NCBI GenBank assembly: GCA_965226885.1 | Contig: CBDDEL010000013.1 | Location: 160,001 to 224,000 of the forward strand | From: Opitutales bacterium | GTDB taxonomy: Bacteria > Verrucomicrobiota > Verrucomicrobiia > Opitutales > UBA2987 | DNA length: 64,000 nt | Direction: 5' to 3' | In this document: positions 1 through 9,745 of the stretch, piece by piece | Layout of the letters: each line of letters starts with the position of its first letter | Numbering within the stretch: position 1 is the stretch's first letter | Made by a program: the position numbers and the translations under genes | Notes under the pieces: model-generated | The model's database searches: none | What the model saw: the letters and a program-made list of their open reading frames with translations, nothing else | Told to the model about the DNA's origin: nothing

Positions 1-99
1 TGGATGACGTTGATAAAAAGAGCCGGAAAGAGCAAGTTTTTGCTCGATCCGGCCAAAAAAGGGTTCTATAATTGAGTTAGCGAAAATCAATATAGCTAG

Positions 100-1667
100 C
101 CCGGATATTTCGTAAAAAAAGTATCGTTGATATGCTTAACTGCTGATATACAGCAGGATAGATCAATAATTAAAGCAATATCAGCGATGACAAAGGGTAA
201 ACAATTAAAGCTACAGTTGACAAGGGTAAAAGGCCGCCGTGTGCGGGTTGATTTCAAGGGCGGAGAGGTTACTTCGGATGCCGGACTGCTTTTGATCCGG
301 GAAGTGGATCGGCAGTTGGGCTTGACCGAACGAGCGGCCCGACAGTTAGTGGACAGACGGCAGAAGGGCAAAGTACGCCATGAGGTATTGGGGATGCTGC
401 GGCAGCGCGTTTACGGGCTGGTGGCGGGCTATGAGGATTTGAACGACTTTGATACCCTGCGCCACGATCCATTGTTAGCAAACGGTAACGGGGCGCATTG
501 AAACGTTGGCCAGCGCGCCGACTTTGTGTCGTTTTGAAAACGGGCAGGATCGGCGGGCGGCCTTTGCGGTAAACGAGCTGTTGGTCGAACAGTTCATGGG
601 CTCCTTTGCCGAGGAACCCGAAGAGATCATCCTGGACTTTGACGCCACCGACAATCCGGTGCACGGGCTCCAGGAGGGACGTTTTTTCCACGGTTATTAT
701 GATCATTACTGTTTTCTGCCGCTATATGTTTTTTGCGGTGATCAGCTGCTGGTGGCCTACCTGCGGCCGAGCAAGATCGATGCCAGCAAGCATGCCGGGG
801 CCATCCTCAAATTGCTGGTTAAACGGATTCGCCAAAGCTGGCCCCGTACGCGGATTATTTGGCGCGCCGACAGTGGATTTTGTCGAGACCGGATACTCTC
901 TTGGTGCGACCGCAACGAAGTTAGTTACATCGTGGGGATGGCTCGCAATGCACGCTTGCAGCAAGACGCCCAGCAGTTGCAAAAGCAGGCCAAAGAATGG
1001 TTCGAACTAAGGGGTAAAAAACAACGGTTATTCCAGGACTTCGTCTATGCTGCCGATTCGTGGCGATGGCTGCGGTTGGTCATCCATAAAGCCGAACACA
1101 CCGCACAGGGGTCCAACCCGCGCTTCGTGGTGACGAACCTGCCGGGCGATCCCCAGGAGCTTTACGACAAGGTATACTGTGGCCGCGGTGAAATGGAGAA
1201 CCGAATCAAGGAACAGATGCAATTGTTCAGCGAGCGCACCAGCGCCCATCAATGGTGGGCCAATCAGTGGCGATTGCTCTTGTCGGCGCTGGCCTACACC
1301 TTGATGGAAGCCATGCGCCGGTTAGCCTTAAAAGGGACGAAGTGGGCGCGGGCCCAATGCCACACCCTGCGGCTCAAATTAATCAAGATCGGAGCGGTCA
1401 TCGTGCGCAACACCCGAACGATTCACTTTCACCTAAGTGAGAGTTATCCTTGGGCCAGTCTTTTCAACCATGCGGCCCGCCGATTGGTGCCAACCTAAAG
1501 GGTGCATTGGTGCTGCCCCCGGCACTACCGAACCAATGGGGGAAAGGGGGCAGTGTCTCTACACCCTGAAAAACACCTAAAAATCAAGACGATCTGCTCA
1601 AAATACAAAGAAATCCATCTCCAATAGCAATAACGAGCCAAACTTTACCCTTCATGAAATATCCGGG
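100..1667 (+). mobile_element. IS1380-family element, copy A (transposase frameshifted)
   Basis: Terminal IRs CCCGGATATTTC...GAAATATCCGGG; 4-bp target duplication CTAG at 96-99 and 1668-1671; near-identical to the copy at 33416-34982. Confidence 0.95.
187..1498 (+). pseudogene. IS1380 transposase split into two ORFs by a 1-bp insertion
   Basis: TTGTTAGCAAACGG here versus TTGTTGCAAACGG in the intact copy (extra A at 477); motifs SDAGLLL, LDFDATD, RADSGF, RGEMENRIKE. Could also be a sequencing error. Confidence 0.85.
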
Positions 1668-1671
1668 CTAG

Positions 1672-3356
1672 CCCTTTCTATGAAAAATATAGCCATCCAA
1701 TGCCTCCTGCGTCCAGCTTTAACTGTGGTCGACCGGTGCCTCGATTACGATAACTTCCGCGCCACCATTGATCGAATCGATCGGCTGCTGATCGACTCGG
1801 AGGTGGAATCGCAGGCCATTGAGCTGGCCTTGGAGGGGTGGCCGCCAATGGGTCTAAAGGCCCGGCGGCAGCGGGCCAGTTTTGCCATCAAGGCACTGCG
1901 CATGGATACGCTGGGCCGTCTGCTCGGAGGGATTTCGTTTCGGCATTTGTCGCGGGCTCTGGGCAGCAGCGATCTGTTGGCCGACTTTTGCCGTGTCCGG
2001 CAGATCGATGGCATCAGGGGCATCTCCAAAAGCACCCTGGAGCGGGCCTCGAAGTTTTTCAGCGAAGAGCAGTTGAGGGCCTTGCACCGGACCTTGACTG
2101 AGGTGGTGGGCGATGCCCTTCTGGCCCGGCAGGTGGGATTGGACAAGCCGATTGACACCACCATTTGCCTGATCGACGGCACCTGTTTGGAGGCTAACAT
2201 TCATTGGCCGACGGACTGGGTATTACTCAAGGATGTAGCCGGCACGTTGCTCAAAGCGATCCGGCTGATCCGCGAGAAGGCCGGTGTGCGCCATCGCATG
2301 CCGATCGAACCGGAGCCCTTGGCTCGGCAGATGAATCGGCTGTGCATACAGATGACCCACAGCCGGCGGCGAAAGGACAGCGCGCGGCAGCGCAAGGGTA
2401 TCTTGAGGCAGATGAAAAAGCTGCTCAAACGGATCGGGGAGCATGCCCGCAGTCACCGGGAATTATTGCAAGCCTGCTGGGAGCAAAGCGATTACAGCGA
2501 AAAACAGGTCCAACAGATCCTCGCCCGGATGGAGCGCATGAGCGAGCAAATCCCGGTGGTCATCAAACAGGCGCACGAGCGGATCATTGGCGGCCGCCAG
2601 GTGAAAAACGCAGAGAAAGTCTTGAGTGTTTACGAACTCGATGTGCAGGTGATTGTGCGAGGTAAAGCGGGCCAAGAGGTCGAGTTCGGCAACACCCTGT
2701 TTTTGGGAGAAAGCGTTGAAGGGTACCTGCTGGACTGGAAACTCTACGGCAGCCGAACTCCAAGCGAAAATGAACAAATGCAAGAGAGTTTGCAAAGACA
2801 GAACCGCTTCAACCTGGAAGAACCCATAGCGGCCATGTGCGCGGACCGGGGATTTGCCTCCCAGCGGGCCCGCCGGCAGTTAGCCCAGGAGGGAATCTAC
2901 GACGCGCTCTGTCCACGCGATCCGAAGCAGTTGAAAAACCGGATGGAGGAACCACTGTTCAGACAATTGCAAAAGCGCCGGGCCAGCACCGAAGGGCGGA
3001 TCGGGGTATTGAAGAATCGCTGGCAGGCCGGGCGGTTGCGCAGCAAAGGCTTTGCCAACCGCTCGATCAGCGTAGCCTGGTCGGTACTCTCGCACAACCT
3101 ATGGAAAGTAGCCAAGATGCTGGCCCAGCAAGACGAACTAAAAACCAAAGCGGCGGCCTAGAGAGCGGAAAAGCAAGGACAATACTTTTTCACAGCCGTA
3201 CTGTCGGCTCATACAAAGAAAACCAGGCAACCGGACCCCAAAACCAGTATCCTAACGTCATAGGAGAGCAAAGTTGATACTCTCCCAAATGCAAATACCT
3301 CTAAAATGAGCGCCTATCAAAAGCCCTCGCAAAAATCACCCTTTTGGGACAGCCTC
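1672..3356 (+). mobile_element. IS5-like element (right part; left end probably upstream of IS1380 copy A or outside the window)
   Basis: Transposase followed by IR-like CTTTTGGGACAGCCTC (3341-3356), which directly abuts a truncated IS1380. Confidence 0.6.
1680..3161 (+). CDS. DDE transposase, IS5-like/IS4 superfamily
   Basis: Motifs IDGTCLEANI, RGKAGQEVEFG, ADRGF, RRASTEGRIG. Confidence 0.8.
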   Translation: MKNIAIQCLLRPALTVVDRCLDYDNFRATIDRIDRLLIDSEVESQAIELALEGWPPMGLKARRQRASFAIKALRMDTLGRLLGGISFRHLSRALGSSDLLADFCRVRQIDGIRGISKSTLERASKFFSEEQLRALHRTLTEVVGDALLARQVGLDKPIDTTICLIDGTCLEANIHWPTDWVLLKDVAGTLLKAIRLIREKAGVRHRMPIEPEPLARQMNRLCIQMTHSRRRKDSARQRKGILRQMKKLLKRIGEHARSHRELLQACWEQSDYSEKQVQQILARMERMSEQIPVVIKQAHERIIGGRQVKNAEKVLSVYELDVQVIVRGKAGQEVEFGNTLFLGESVEGYLLDWKLYGSRTPSENEQMQESLQRQNRFNLEEPIAAMCADRGFASQRARRQLAQEGIYDALCPRDPKQLKNRMEEPLFRQLQKRRASTEGRIGVLKNRWQAGRLRSKGFANRSISVAWSVLSHNLWKVAKMLAQQDELKTKAAA

Positions 3357-4183
3357 TAACTAACTTCGTTGCGGTCGCACCAAGAGAGTATCCGGTCTCG
3401 ACAAAATCCACTGTCGGCGCGCCAAATAATCCGCGTACGGGGCCAGCTTTGGCGAATCCGTTTAACCAGCAATTTGAGGATGGCCCCGGCATGCTTGCTG
3501 GCATCGATCTTGCTCGGCCGCAGGTAGGCCACCAGCAGCTGATCACCGCAAAAAACATATAGCGGCAGAAAACAGTAATGATCATAATAACCGTGGAAAA
3601 AACGTCCCTCCTGGAGCCCGTGCACCGGATTGTCGGTGGCGTCAAAGTCCAGGATGATCTCTTCGGGTTCCTCGGCAAAGGAGCCCATGAACTGTTCGAC
3701 CAACAGCTCGTTTACCGCAAAGGCCGCCCGCCGATCCTGCCCGTTTTCAAAACGACACAAAGTCGGCGCGCTGGCCAACGTTTCAATGCGCCCCGTTACC
3801 GTTTGCAACAATGGCTCGTGGCGCAGGGTATCAAAGTCGTTCAAATCCTCATAGCCCGCCACCAGCCCGTAAACGCGCTGCCGCAGCATCCCCAATACCT
3901 CATGGCGTACTTTGCCCTTCTGCCGTTTGTCCACTAACTGTCGGGCCGCTCGTTCGGTCAAGCCCAACTGCCGATCCACTTCCCGGATCAAAAGCAGTCC
4001 GGCATCCGAAGTAACCTCTCCGCCCTTGAAATCAACCCGCACACGGCGGCCTTTTACCCTTGTCAACTGTAGCTTTAATTATTTACCTTTTGTCATCGCT
4101 GATATTGCTTTAATTATTGATCTATCCTGCTGTATATCAGCAGTTAAGCATATCAACGATACTTTTTTTACGAAATATCCGGG
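3357..4183 (-). mobile_element. IS1380 5' half (copy B), truncated, with an early nonsense codon
   Basis: Left IR ends at 4183, followed by TTAA; transposase breaks at ...RNEVS; CAA>TAA change at 4081 (codon 6). Confidence 0.92.
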
Positions 4184-4702
4184 TTAATCATTAACGATGC
4201 GGTTAAGTCTATCAATATCGGCAAGTCGGCAAGAATCGGCAAGAATGTATTCAAGGAATTTGTGCCATTTTTGATTCCGGGTAAAGGCTACATGGCCAAC
4301 CAGGATTATCTTTGGGCGAGCACATCGTTTTTACATATATTCATGTATCTTCTTCGTGACAGTTTTTCCTATGTATATCAGGTTGCTCATTCTTCTATGG
4401 TCATTTTTCGATGTATAAATGAGGTTTCATATGATTTGGAATCATTATCGAAATTGAAAATCGATATGGATCTTATAAACGAAACTTTTGATTGGAGCGA
4501 ATACACCATGAAAGATGTGGACCCACGTTTATTGTATCTTTGTCGCGCCTTCGCATTTCATATAACAGGTTTCAAAGACCACGCAAAATATTATTACCGG
4601 AAAAATAAATTGTATGAAGAAGGGTCCAATCAATTCTACAATATTCAACTGAAGATGCTCCAACAAAGGTGGGCTGACGATTTTTTGCAACCATCCAATT
4701 AG
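4184..4702 (+). pseudogene. 3' remnant of an AT-rich gene of unknown function, truncated by IS1380
   Basis: Reading frame is open without a stop from the IS boundary (4184) through ORF 4262-4702; low GC. Confidence 0.5.
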
Positions 4703-4805
4703 GGTAGGCGGGGAGGGAGAGAATATTTTGTGGGCTTTATCTGCGGAATGCGAATGTAGAAATTAAAAATGTAAATAACAAAGGGACTTGACCTCTGGGC
4801 ACCGC

Positions 4806-5086
4806 AAGTTGGCGAACAGAACTTGCAGGCAAAATGTGCTGGTCAGACCGGTATAGCCAACGCTCTTGTTTTGGCAATATTTCCATTTTCCGGAATTTGA
4901 AAAAAAAGATGCCGCTGGAGGCGAAGGGCATTTTATCATCCAGGCTGATAGAGTCGGGAATAGAGAGAACATCGAAAAGATCTCCAAATTGGAAGTTGGC
5001 GAACGGAACCTGCGGGCAAAATGTGCTGGTCAGACCGGTATGGCCAATGCTCTTTTTTTGGCAATATTTTCATTTGCCGGAATTTG
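4806..5086 (+). repeat. Two imperfect direct repeats of about 94 bp (4806-4899 and 4993-5086), each carrying an operator-like motif
   Basis: AAGTTGGCGAAC...GCAAAATGTGCTGGTCAGACCGGTAT...GGCAATATTT...CCGGAATTTG occurs twice, 187 bp apart. Confidence 0.9.
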
Positions 5087-5175
5087 CAGAAAGACATTGC
5101 CGGGACTGTGGGATTTTTTTTCTGCGCTGATGAAGTCAGGATTGGAAAAAAACAAAAAGTTAACGAAATAGGGCG

Positions 5176-5228
5176 TTGACAAACCTATTTTGCTGCGCAA
5201 ATTAAACTGGTCATACCGGTAAGACCAG
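5176..5228 (+). promoter_or_regulatory. Promoter (-35 TTGACA) with adjacent FadR/GntR-type palindromic operator
   Basis: TTGACA at 5176-5181; CTGGTCATACCGGTAAGACCAG (5207-5228) is a 20/22 palindrome built from GGT-N-ACC units typical of FadR-subfamily sites; directly upstream of the GntR gene. Confidence 0.7.
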
Positions 5229-5297
5229 CTTTGTTTTTGACCTGTTTTCCTTTTCTTTATTATTTGGCGAATCTTTTTTTCTTGGAGGGGTTGATTA

Positions 5298-6002
5298 ATG
5301 ATTTATACTCGACAGAAATCTTCTATTGCACGGGAAACTTTCGATTTCATTGCGGATCGAATTCGGGGGGGTCGCTATGCCCCGGGCGACAAGTTGCCGG
5401 GGGAGCGGTCGTTGGCCAGGCAACTGAGGGTGGGCCGCAATTCCGTGCGGGAGGCCATCCGGCGGCTGGAAACGGCTGGATTGCTGGAAACCCGGCAGGG
5501 GTTGGGATCTTTTGTCAAAGATCCTAGCGGGGAAATCCTGCAAACTGCCTTGATTTCCAATTTTCTGACCGATACGGCCATTCAGGAAAAACTGTTCGAT
5601 CTTCGCCTCATTATTGAAGTTGAGGCCACCGTCAGGGCAGTTCAATGTATCACGCCCGAGCAATTGCAGGATTTACGCCGTTTTCATGAATTGGTGGAAA
5701 AGTGCAGCGCCCGCGGCGATATCGATGGAATGATCGTGGCCGATTTTGAGTTTCACCGCCAGCTTTTGGTGGCCACGGGCAATGATATTTTGGTCAACCT
5801 GATGGATGGCATTATGGACCTGTTGCGGGAGATGCGGCGGGTGGGGGCTGAAATACCGGAATTGCTTTCGGAAAGAATATCGAGCCATCGAGCCATTATC
5901 AAGGCCATTGAAAATGGAGACGGTGAGGCAGCCCGCAGAGCCATGAAAGAACATCTCGAAGGTGTATTCAAAAGGGTAAAATCAATCCGGGAAGATAAAT
6001 GA
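5298..6002 (+). CDS. GntR family (FadR subfamily) transcriptional regulator
   Basis: wHTH PGDKLPGERSLARQLRVGRNSVREA; FCD domain with D-x-x-FH, GN, H-x-x-I, M-x-x-H. Confidence 0.95.
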   Translation: MIYTRQKSSIARETFDFIADRIRGGRYAPGDKLPGERSLARQLRVGRNSVREAIRRLETAGLLETRQGLGSFVKDPSGEILQTALISNFLTDTAIQEKLFDLRLIIEVEATVRAVQCITPEQLQDLRRFHELVEKCSARGDIDGMIVADFEFHRQLLVATGNDILVNLMDGIMDLLREMRRVGAEIPELLSERISSHRAIIKAIENGDGEAARRAMKEHLEGVFKRVKSIREDK

Positions 6003-6024
6003 CCGATGGCGAGGCGATTTGCTG

Positions 6025-6912
6025 ATGAGGGCGTTTGAATACTTCGAGCCCGCTACTTTGTTGGAAGCGGCGGCATTGCTTGAGCGCTATAACGGGCGGG
6101 CCAGCATCCTGGCCGGCGGAACCGATTTGCTGGTTGAAATCAAGGAGCGGATTCGGCTGCCGGACATTGTTATCAACATCAAAAAAGTTCCCGGCCTCGA
6201 CTATTTAAGCTACGATTCCGAAAAGGGTTTGAAGATCGGGTCTCTGGCTACCCTGCGGGAGGTGGAGGTATCCCCTTTGGTGAAGGAAAAATACGCCGGC
6301 CTCTACCGGGCGGCCAGGGAATTGGGGTCGATCCAGGTGCGTAACCGGGCCACCGTGGCGGGAAACATTTGCCGGGCCTCGCCATCGGCCGACACCCTGC
6401 CGCCTTTGATCGCCGATAACGCTGTCATACAAACATTCTGTCCCAATGGGTCGCGGTCGGTTCCTTTGGAAAACTTTTTTACCGGTCCCGGGAAAACGAT
6501 CCTTGGGGAAGGGGAAATATTAACCGAAATCACGGTTCCCAGCCCACCGCCCCATACGGGCAAGGTTTACCTAAAACTGGGCCGCCGGGCGGCCATGGAA
6601 CTGGCCACTGTGGGGGTGGCCGTCAACCTAACGGTGAAGGGGAAACTCTGCCGCCAGGTATGCATCGTATTGGGAGCGGTGGCCCCGACGCCCCTGCGCG
6701 CGACCGAGGCTGAGAACGTCTTATTGGGTAAGGAATTAACGGATGAAGCGCTGGAAAAGGCGGCCCAGTGTGCCCGCCACCAAAGCCGGCCCATCTCCGA
6801 TGTGCGTGGCAGCGCGGATTATAGGCGGGAAATGGTGGGGGTCTTAACCCGTCGAGCCCTCCGCATGGCTTGGACGGCGGCGGAAAATGATAATTTGGAT
6901 AAATCGTCATGA
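6025..6912 (+). CDS. Xanthine-oxidase-family molybdoenzyme, FAD-binding subunit (CoxM/XdhB-like)
   Basis: LAGGTDL, QVRNRATVAGNIC.ASP.AD, PISDVRGSADYR. Confidence 0.95.
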   Translation: MRAFEYFEPATLLEAAALLERYNGRASILAGGTDLLVEIKERIRLPDIVINIKKVPGLDYLSYDSEKGLKIGSLATLREVEVSPLVKEKYAGLYRAARELGSIQVRNRATVAGNICRASPSADTLPPLIADNAVIQTFCPNGSRSVPLENFFTGPGKTILGEGEILTEITVPSPPPHTGKVYLKLGRRAAMELATVGVAVNLTVKGKLCRQVCIVLGAVAPTPLRATEAENVLLGKELTDEALEKAAQCARHQSRPISDVRGSADYRREMVGVLTRRALRMAWTAAENDNLDKSS

Positions 6913-7394
6913 AGCACATTGTTTCAACAACGATTAACGGAGAGCGACGCGAATTGGCCATTGAGCCGTTCCGCAGTTTGCTCGACGTATTGCGCAACGA
7001 AGCGGAACTAACTGGTTCTAAAAAAGGCTGCGATGTGGGCGACTGTGGAGCCTGCACCGTAATTCTTGACGGGAAGACGGTAAATTCATGCCTCGTTCTG
7101 GGGGTGGAGATCGACGGGCTCGAGTTGACGACAATTGAAGGGTTGGCCGATGAGACTGCGCCGGGCGCCCCATTGCATCCTCTACAGGAGAGCCTTCTCC
7201 AGCATGGGGGGGCGCAGTGCGGGTTTTGCACTCCGGGGATTCTCATGGCGGCCAAGACATTGCTCGATGAAAATCCGCACCCGACCGAAGAAGAGGCGCG
7301 CTTTGCCATTGCGGGCAATCTCTGCCGCTGCACGGGCTACACCAAAATCATTGATGCCATCGTAAATACCCCAGTTGCGGAGGCTACTCCATGA
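6909..7394 (+). CDS. Xanthine-oxidase-family 2x[2Fe-2S] subunit (CoxS-like)
   Basis: GCDVGDCGACTV...SC, QCGFCTPG, GNLCRCTGY; 4-bp overlap with upstream gene. Confidence 0.96.
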   Translation: MKHIVSTTINGERRELAIEPFRSLLDVLRNEAELTGSKKGCDVGDCGACTVILDGKTVNSCLVLGVEIDGLELTTIEGLADETAPGAPLHPLQESLLQHGGAQCGFCTPGILMAAKTLLDENPHPTEEEARFAIAGNLCRCTGYTKIIDAIVNTPVAEATP

Positions 7395-9715
7395 CGCCCA
7401 CAACCGTATTGGAAGCCAAACCTCCCAGTTTGCCCGTTGAGCAGGCAACGGGGGACGGCCTGTCCGTGGTTCACACCAGCCCGCCTCGAATCGACGGGTT
7501 GGAGAAAGTTACCGGTTCGGCTCTCTATGCGGCGGATTACACTCTGCCGGGAATGCTTTATGGAAAAATTCTGCGTAGCGAACAGGCCCATGCCAGGATT
7601 CTAAAAATCGATAAAAGCAAAGCCCTCGCTCTGGAGGGTGTGAAGGCAGTCATCACGCACGAGGACACGCCGAAAGTCCTGCACCCCGGGGCTCCGGCTC
7701 CACGAGTCGGACAACTCGTTGCCGATCAATACGTTCTGGCGGGAAAAGCCCGCTATGCGGGCGACGGCATCGCGGCCGTGGCGGCCACGACCGAGGAAAT
7801 CGCGGAGGAAGCACTCCAATTGTTACAGGTCGATTACGAACCACTCCCGGCTGTTTTCGATACCAATGAGGCCATGAAACCGAATGCTCCCAGCATTCAC
7901 GGCACGGCGGGAAACTTGGTTGGGCCGCCCTTCATCATCGAGCGGGGCGATGTCGAAAAAGGATTTGCCGAGGCGGAAACGATTTTTGAAGCCTATTATG
8001 AAACCGGAAGGCCGGTTCCCTGCTACATGGAGCCCAATGCCTGTCTCTGCCGGTTCGATCGCGGTGGCAAACTGACCATCTGGAGTTCGACCCAGTGCGC
8101 TTTCATGGTCAGGGGCATCTTGAGCCAGGTGCTGGACATTCCAGCCCACGATGTGCGAGTCATTGTCGAGCACATGGGCGGAGGTTTCGGGGCCAAGCAG
8201 GACCTTTACCAGCACGAATTCGTTTGCGCCATCCTGGCTCGTGAGACCCGCCGACCGGTCAAAATGGAATATACCCGCAAGGAAAGTTTTCTGGGCGGCC
8301 GCACCCGGCATCCCACCCGGATTTACCTGAAACAAGGCTTGGCCAAAGACGGCACGCTGACCGCCAGGGAAGCCCGCTACGTTTCCGATACCGGCGGTTA
8401 TGCTTCCCATGGCCTGGGGATCACCGCGGTGGGCTGCCTCGATATCGCCTCCCTTTACCGGTGCGAGGAACACCTTAAAATTGAAGGAATCTCCGTTTAT
8501 ACAAACAACCCCATTTCCGGGGCTTATAGGGGTTTCGGGGCGGTGCAGTCCTATTTTGCCCTGGAAACCCAAATCGACGAAATGGCGGCGGCGCGGGGCG
8601 AAGACCCGATCGATTTCAGGCTCAGGAATGTTGTTGGAGATGGCGACCTGAGCCCTTCCGAGCACAAGATCCGGGGCGATGGTTTGGCCGCTTGTTTGAA
8701 AAGGGGAGTCGTGGAAACGAATTGGCATGAACGTAAGAAATCTGCACTGCCGGGGCATGGATACCTCAGGCGAGGTTGGGGTGTGGCGACCGAGATGCAC
8801 AGCAGCGGCGCCTATCCGGACATCGTTGAGCAGTCCAATGCGGTCGCTAAAATGAACGAGGACGGCACCCTGAACCTCTTGATCGGAATGGCCGATCTGG
8901 GCACCGGAACCCGCACCATGGCGGCTCAAATTGCGGCCGAGGTTTTGGGTGTGCCGCTCGAGGATATAAGCGTGATCGATGGCGATACCGATGTGGCACC
9001 CTTCGATATCGGGGCCTATGCCAGCCGCACCACCTTTGTGGGGGGCGGGGCGGTCCTCAAGGCGGCCAAACATCTTAAACGGCAGTTGTTGGAATTGGCC
9101 TCGAAGAGGATGAATGTCCCCTGGGAAGAAATAATCTTGGGCGGAGGCCGGGCATTTGTGAAGCGCTCGCCCGATCGAGGAATGGCAATCAGAGACCTGG
9201 TGGCGGGAGAGGGTGGACGCCCGCCCCGGACCCTCATCGGCCAGGGAAACAACGAGCCCACCGTGGCCTACTCTTTCGGGGCCCATTTCGCGGAGGTGGA
9301 AGTGGACATTGAAACGGGGCAAATCCGGGTTTTGCAGGTGGTGGCGGTCCATGAAATCGGCCGGGCGATCAACCCTATTGCCGTGGCCGGTCAAATCGAA
9401 GGCGGCATACAGCAGGGATTCGGGCATGCCCTGACCGAAGATTTTATTATCGATAAAAAAACGGGACGGGCCTTGAATCCGAGTTTCGTCGATTACAAGA
9501 TGCCCCTGGCTCTGGACATGCCCAAAATAAAAACCATCATTCTGGAGGAATATCCCGACCCCGGCGGACCGTTCGGAGCCAAAGGCATCGGGGAAGACCC
9601 CATCATCCCTATCGGCCCGGCCATTGGCAACGCCGTTTACGACGCCACCGGGGTCCGCATGAGGGAACTTCCCATCACACCGGAAAAATTTCTTAAGGCG
9701 TTGGCAAAAATCTAA
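7391..9715 (+). CDS. Xanthine-oxidase-family molybdopterin-binding subunit, substrate unknown
   Basis: MGGGFGAK, AYRGFG, GAYASRT, GQIEGG, AKGIGE; 4-bp overlap with upstream gene. Confidence 0.95.
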   Translation: MTPTTVLEAKPPSLPVEQATGDGLSVVHTSPPRIDGLEKVTGSALYAADYTLPGMLYGKILRSEQAHARILKIDKSKALALEGVKAVITHEDTPKVLHPGAPAPRVGQLVADQYVLAGKARYAGDGIAAVAATTEEIAEEALQLLQVDYEPLPAVFDTNEAMKPNAPSIHGTAGNLVGPPFIIERGDVEKGFAEAETIFEAYYETGRPVPCYMEPNACLCRFDRGGKLTIWSSTQCAFMVRGILSQVLDIPAHDVRVIVEHMGGGFGAKQDLYQHEFVCAILARETRRPVKMEYTRKESFLGGRTRHPTRIYLKQGLAKDGTLTAREARYVSDTGGYASHGLGITAVGCLDIASLYRCEEHLKIEGISVYTNNPISGAYRGFGAVQSYFALETQIDEMAAARGEDPIDFRLRNVVGDGDLSPSEHKIRGDGLAACLKRGVVETNWHERKKSALPGHGYLRRGWGVATEMHSSGAYPDIVEQSNAVAKMNEDGTLNLLIGMADLGTGTRTMAAQIAAEVLGVPLEDISVIDGDTDVAPFDIGAYASRTTFVGGGAVLKAAKHLKRQLLELASKRMNVPWEEIILGGGRAFVKRSPDRGMAIRDLVAGEGGRPPRTLIGQGNNEPTVAYSFGAHFAEVEVDIETGQIRVLQVVAVHEIGRAINPIAVAGQIEGGIQQGFGHALTEDFIIDKKTGRALNPSFVDYKMPLALDMPKIKTIILEEYPDPGGPFGAKGIGEDPIIPIGPAIGNAVYDATGVRMRELPITPEKFLKALAKI

Positions 9716-9745
9716 TAATCCATACAAAAAGACTGAAATAAATTT

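Noticed and set aside
4806..5086. Direct repeats as a possible CRISPR array
   Set aside because: Only two imperfect units of about 94 bp, no repeat-spacer periodicity and no cas genes
6025..9715. coxMSL aerobic CO dehydrogenase (gene order M-S-L fits)
   Set aside because: The large subunit has AYRGFG rather than AYxCSFR, and there are no cox accessory genes
7823..9727. 634-aa antisense ORF (also 51719-53137, 10217-11137, 18618-19520 and similar)
   Set aside because: Shadow ORFs opposite well-supported genes, with no recognisable motifs
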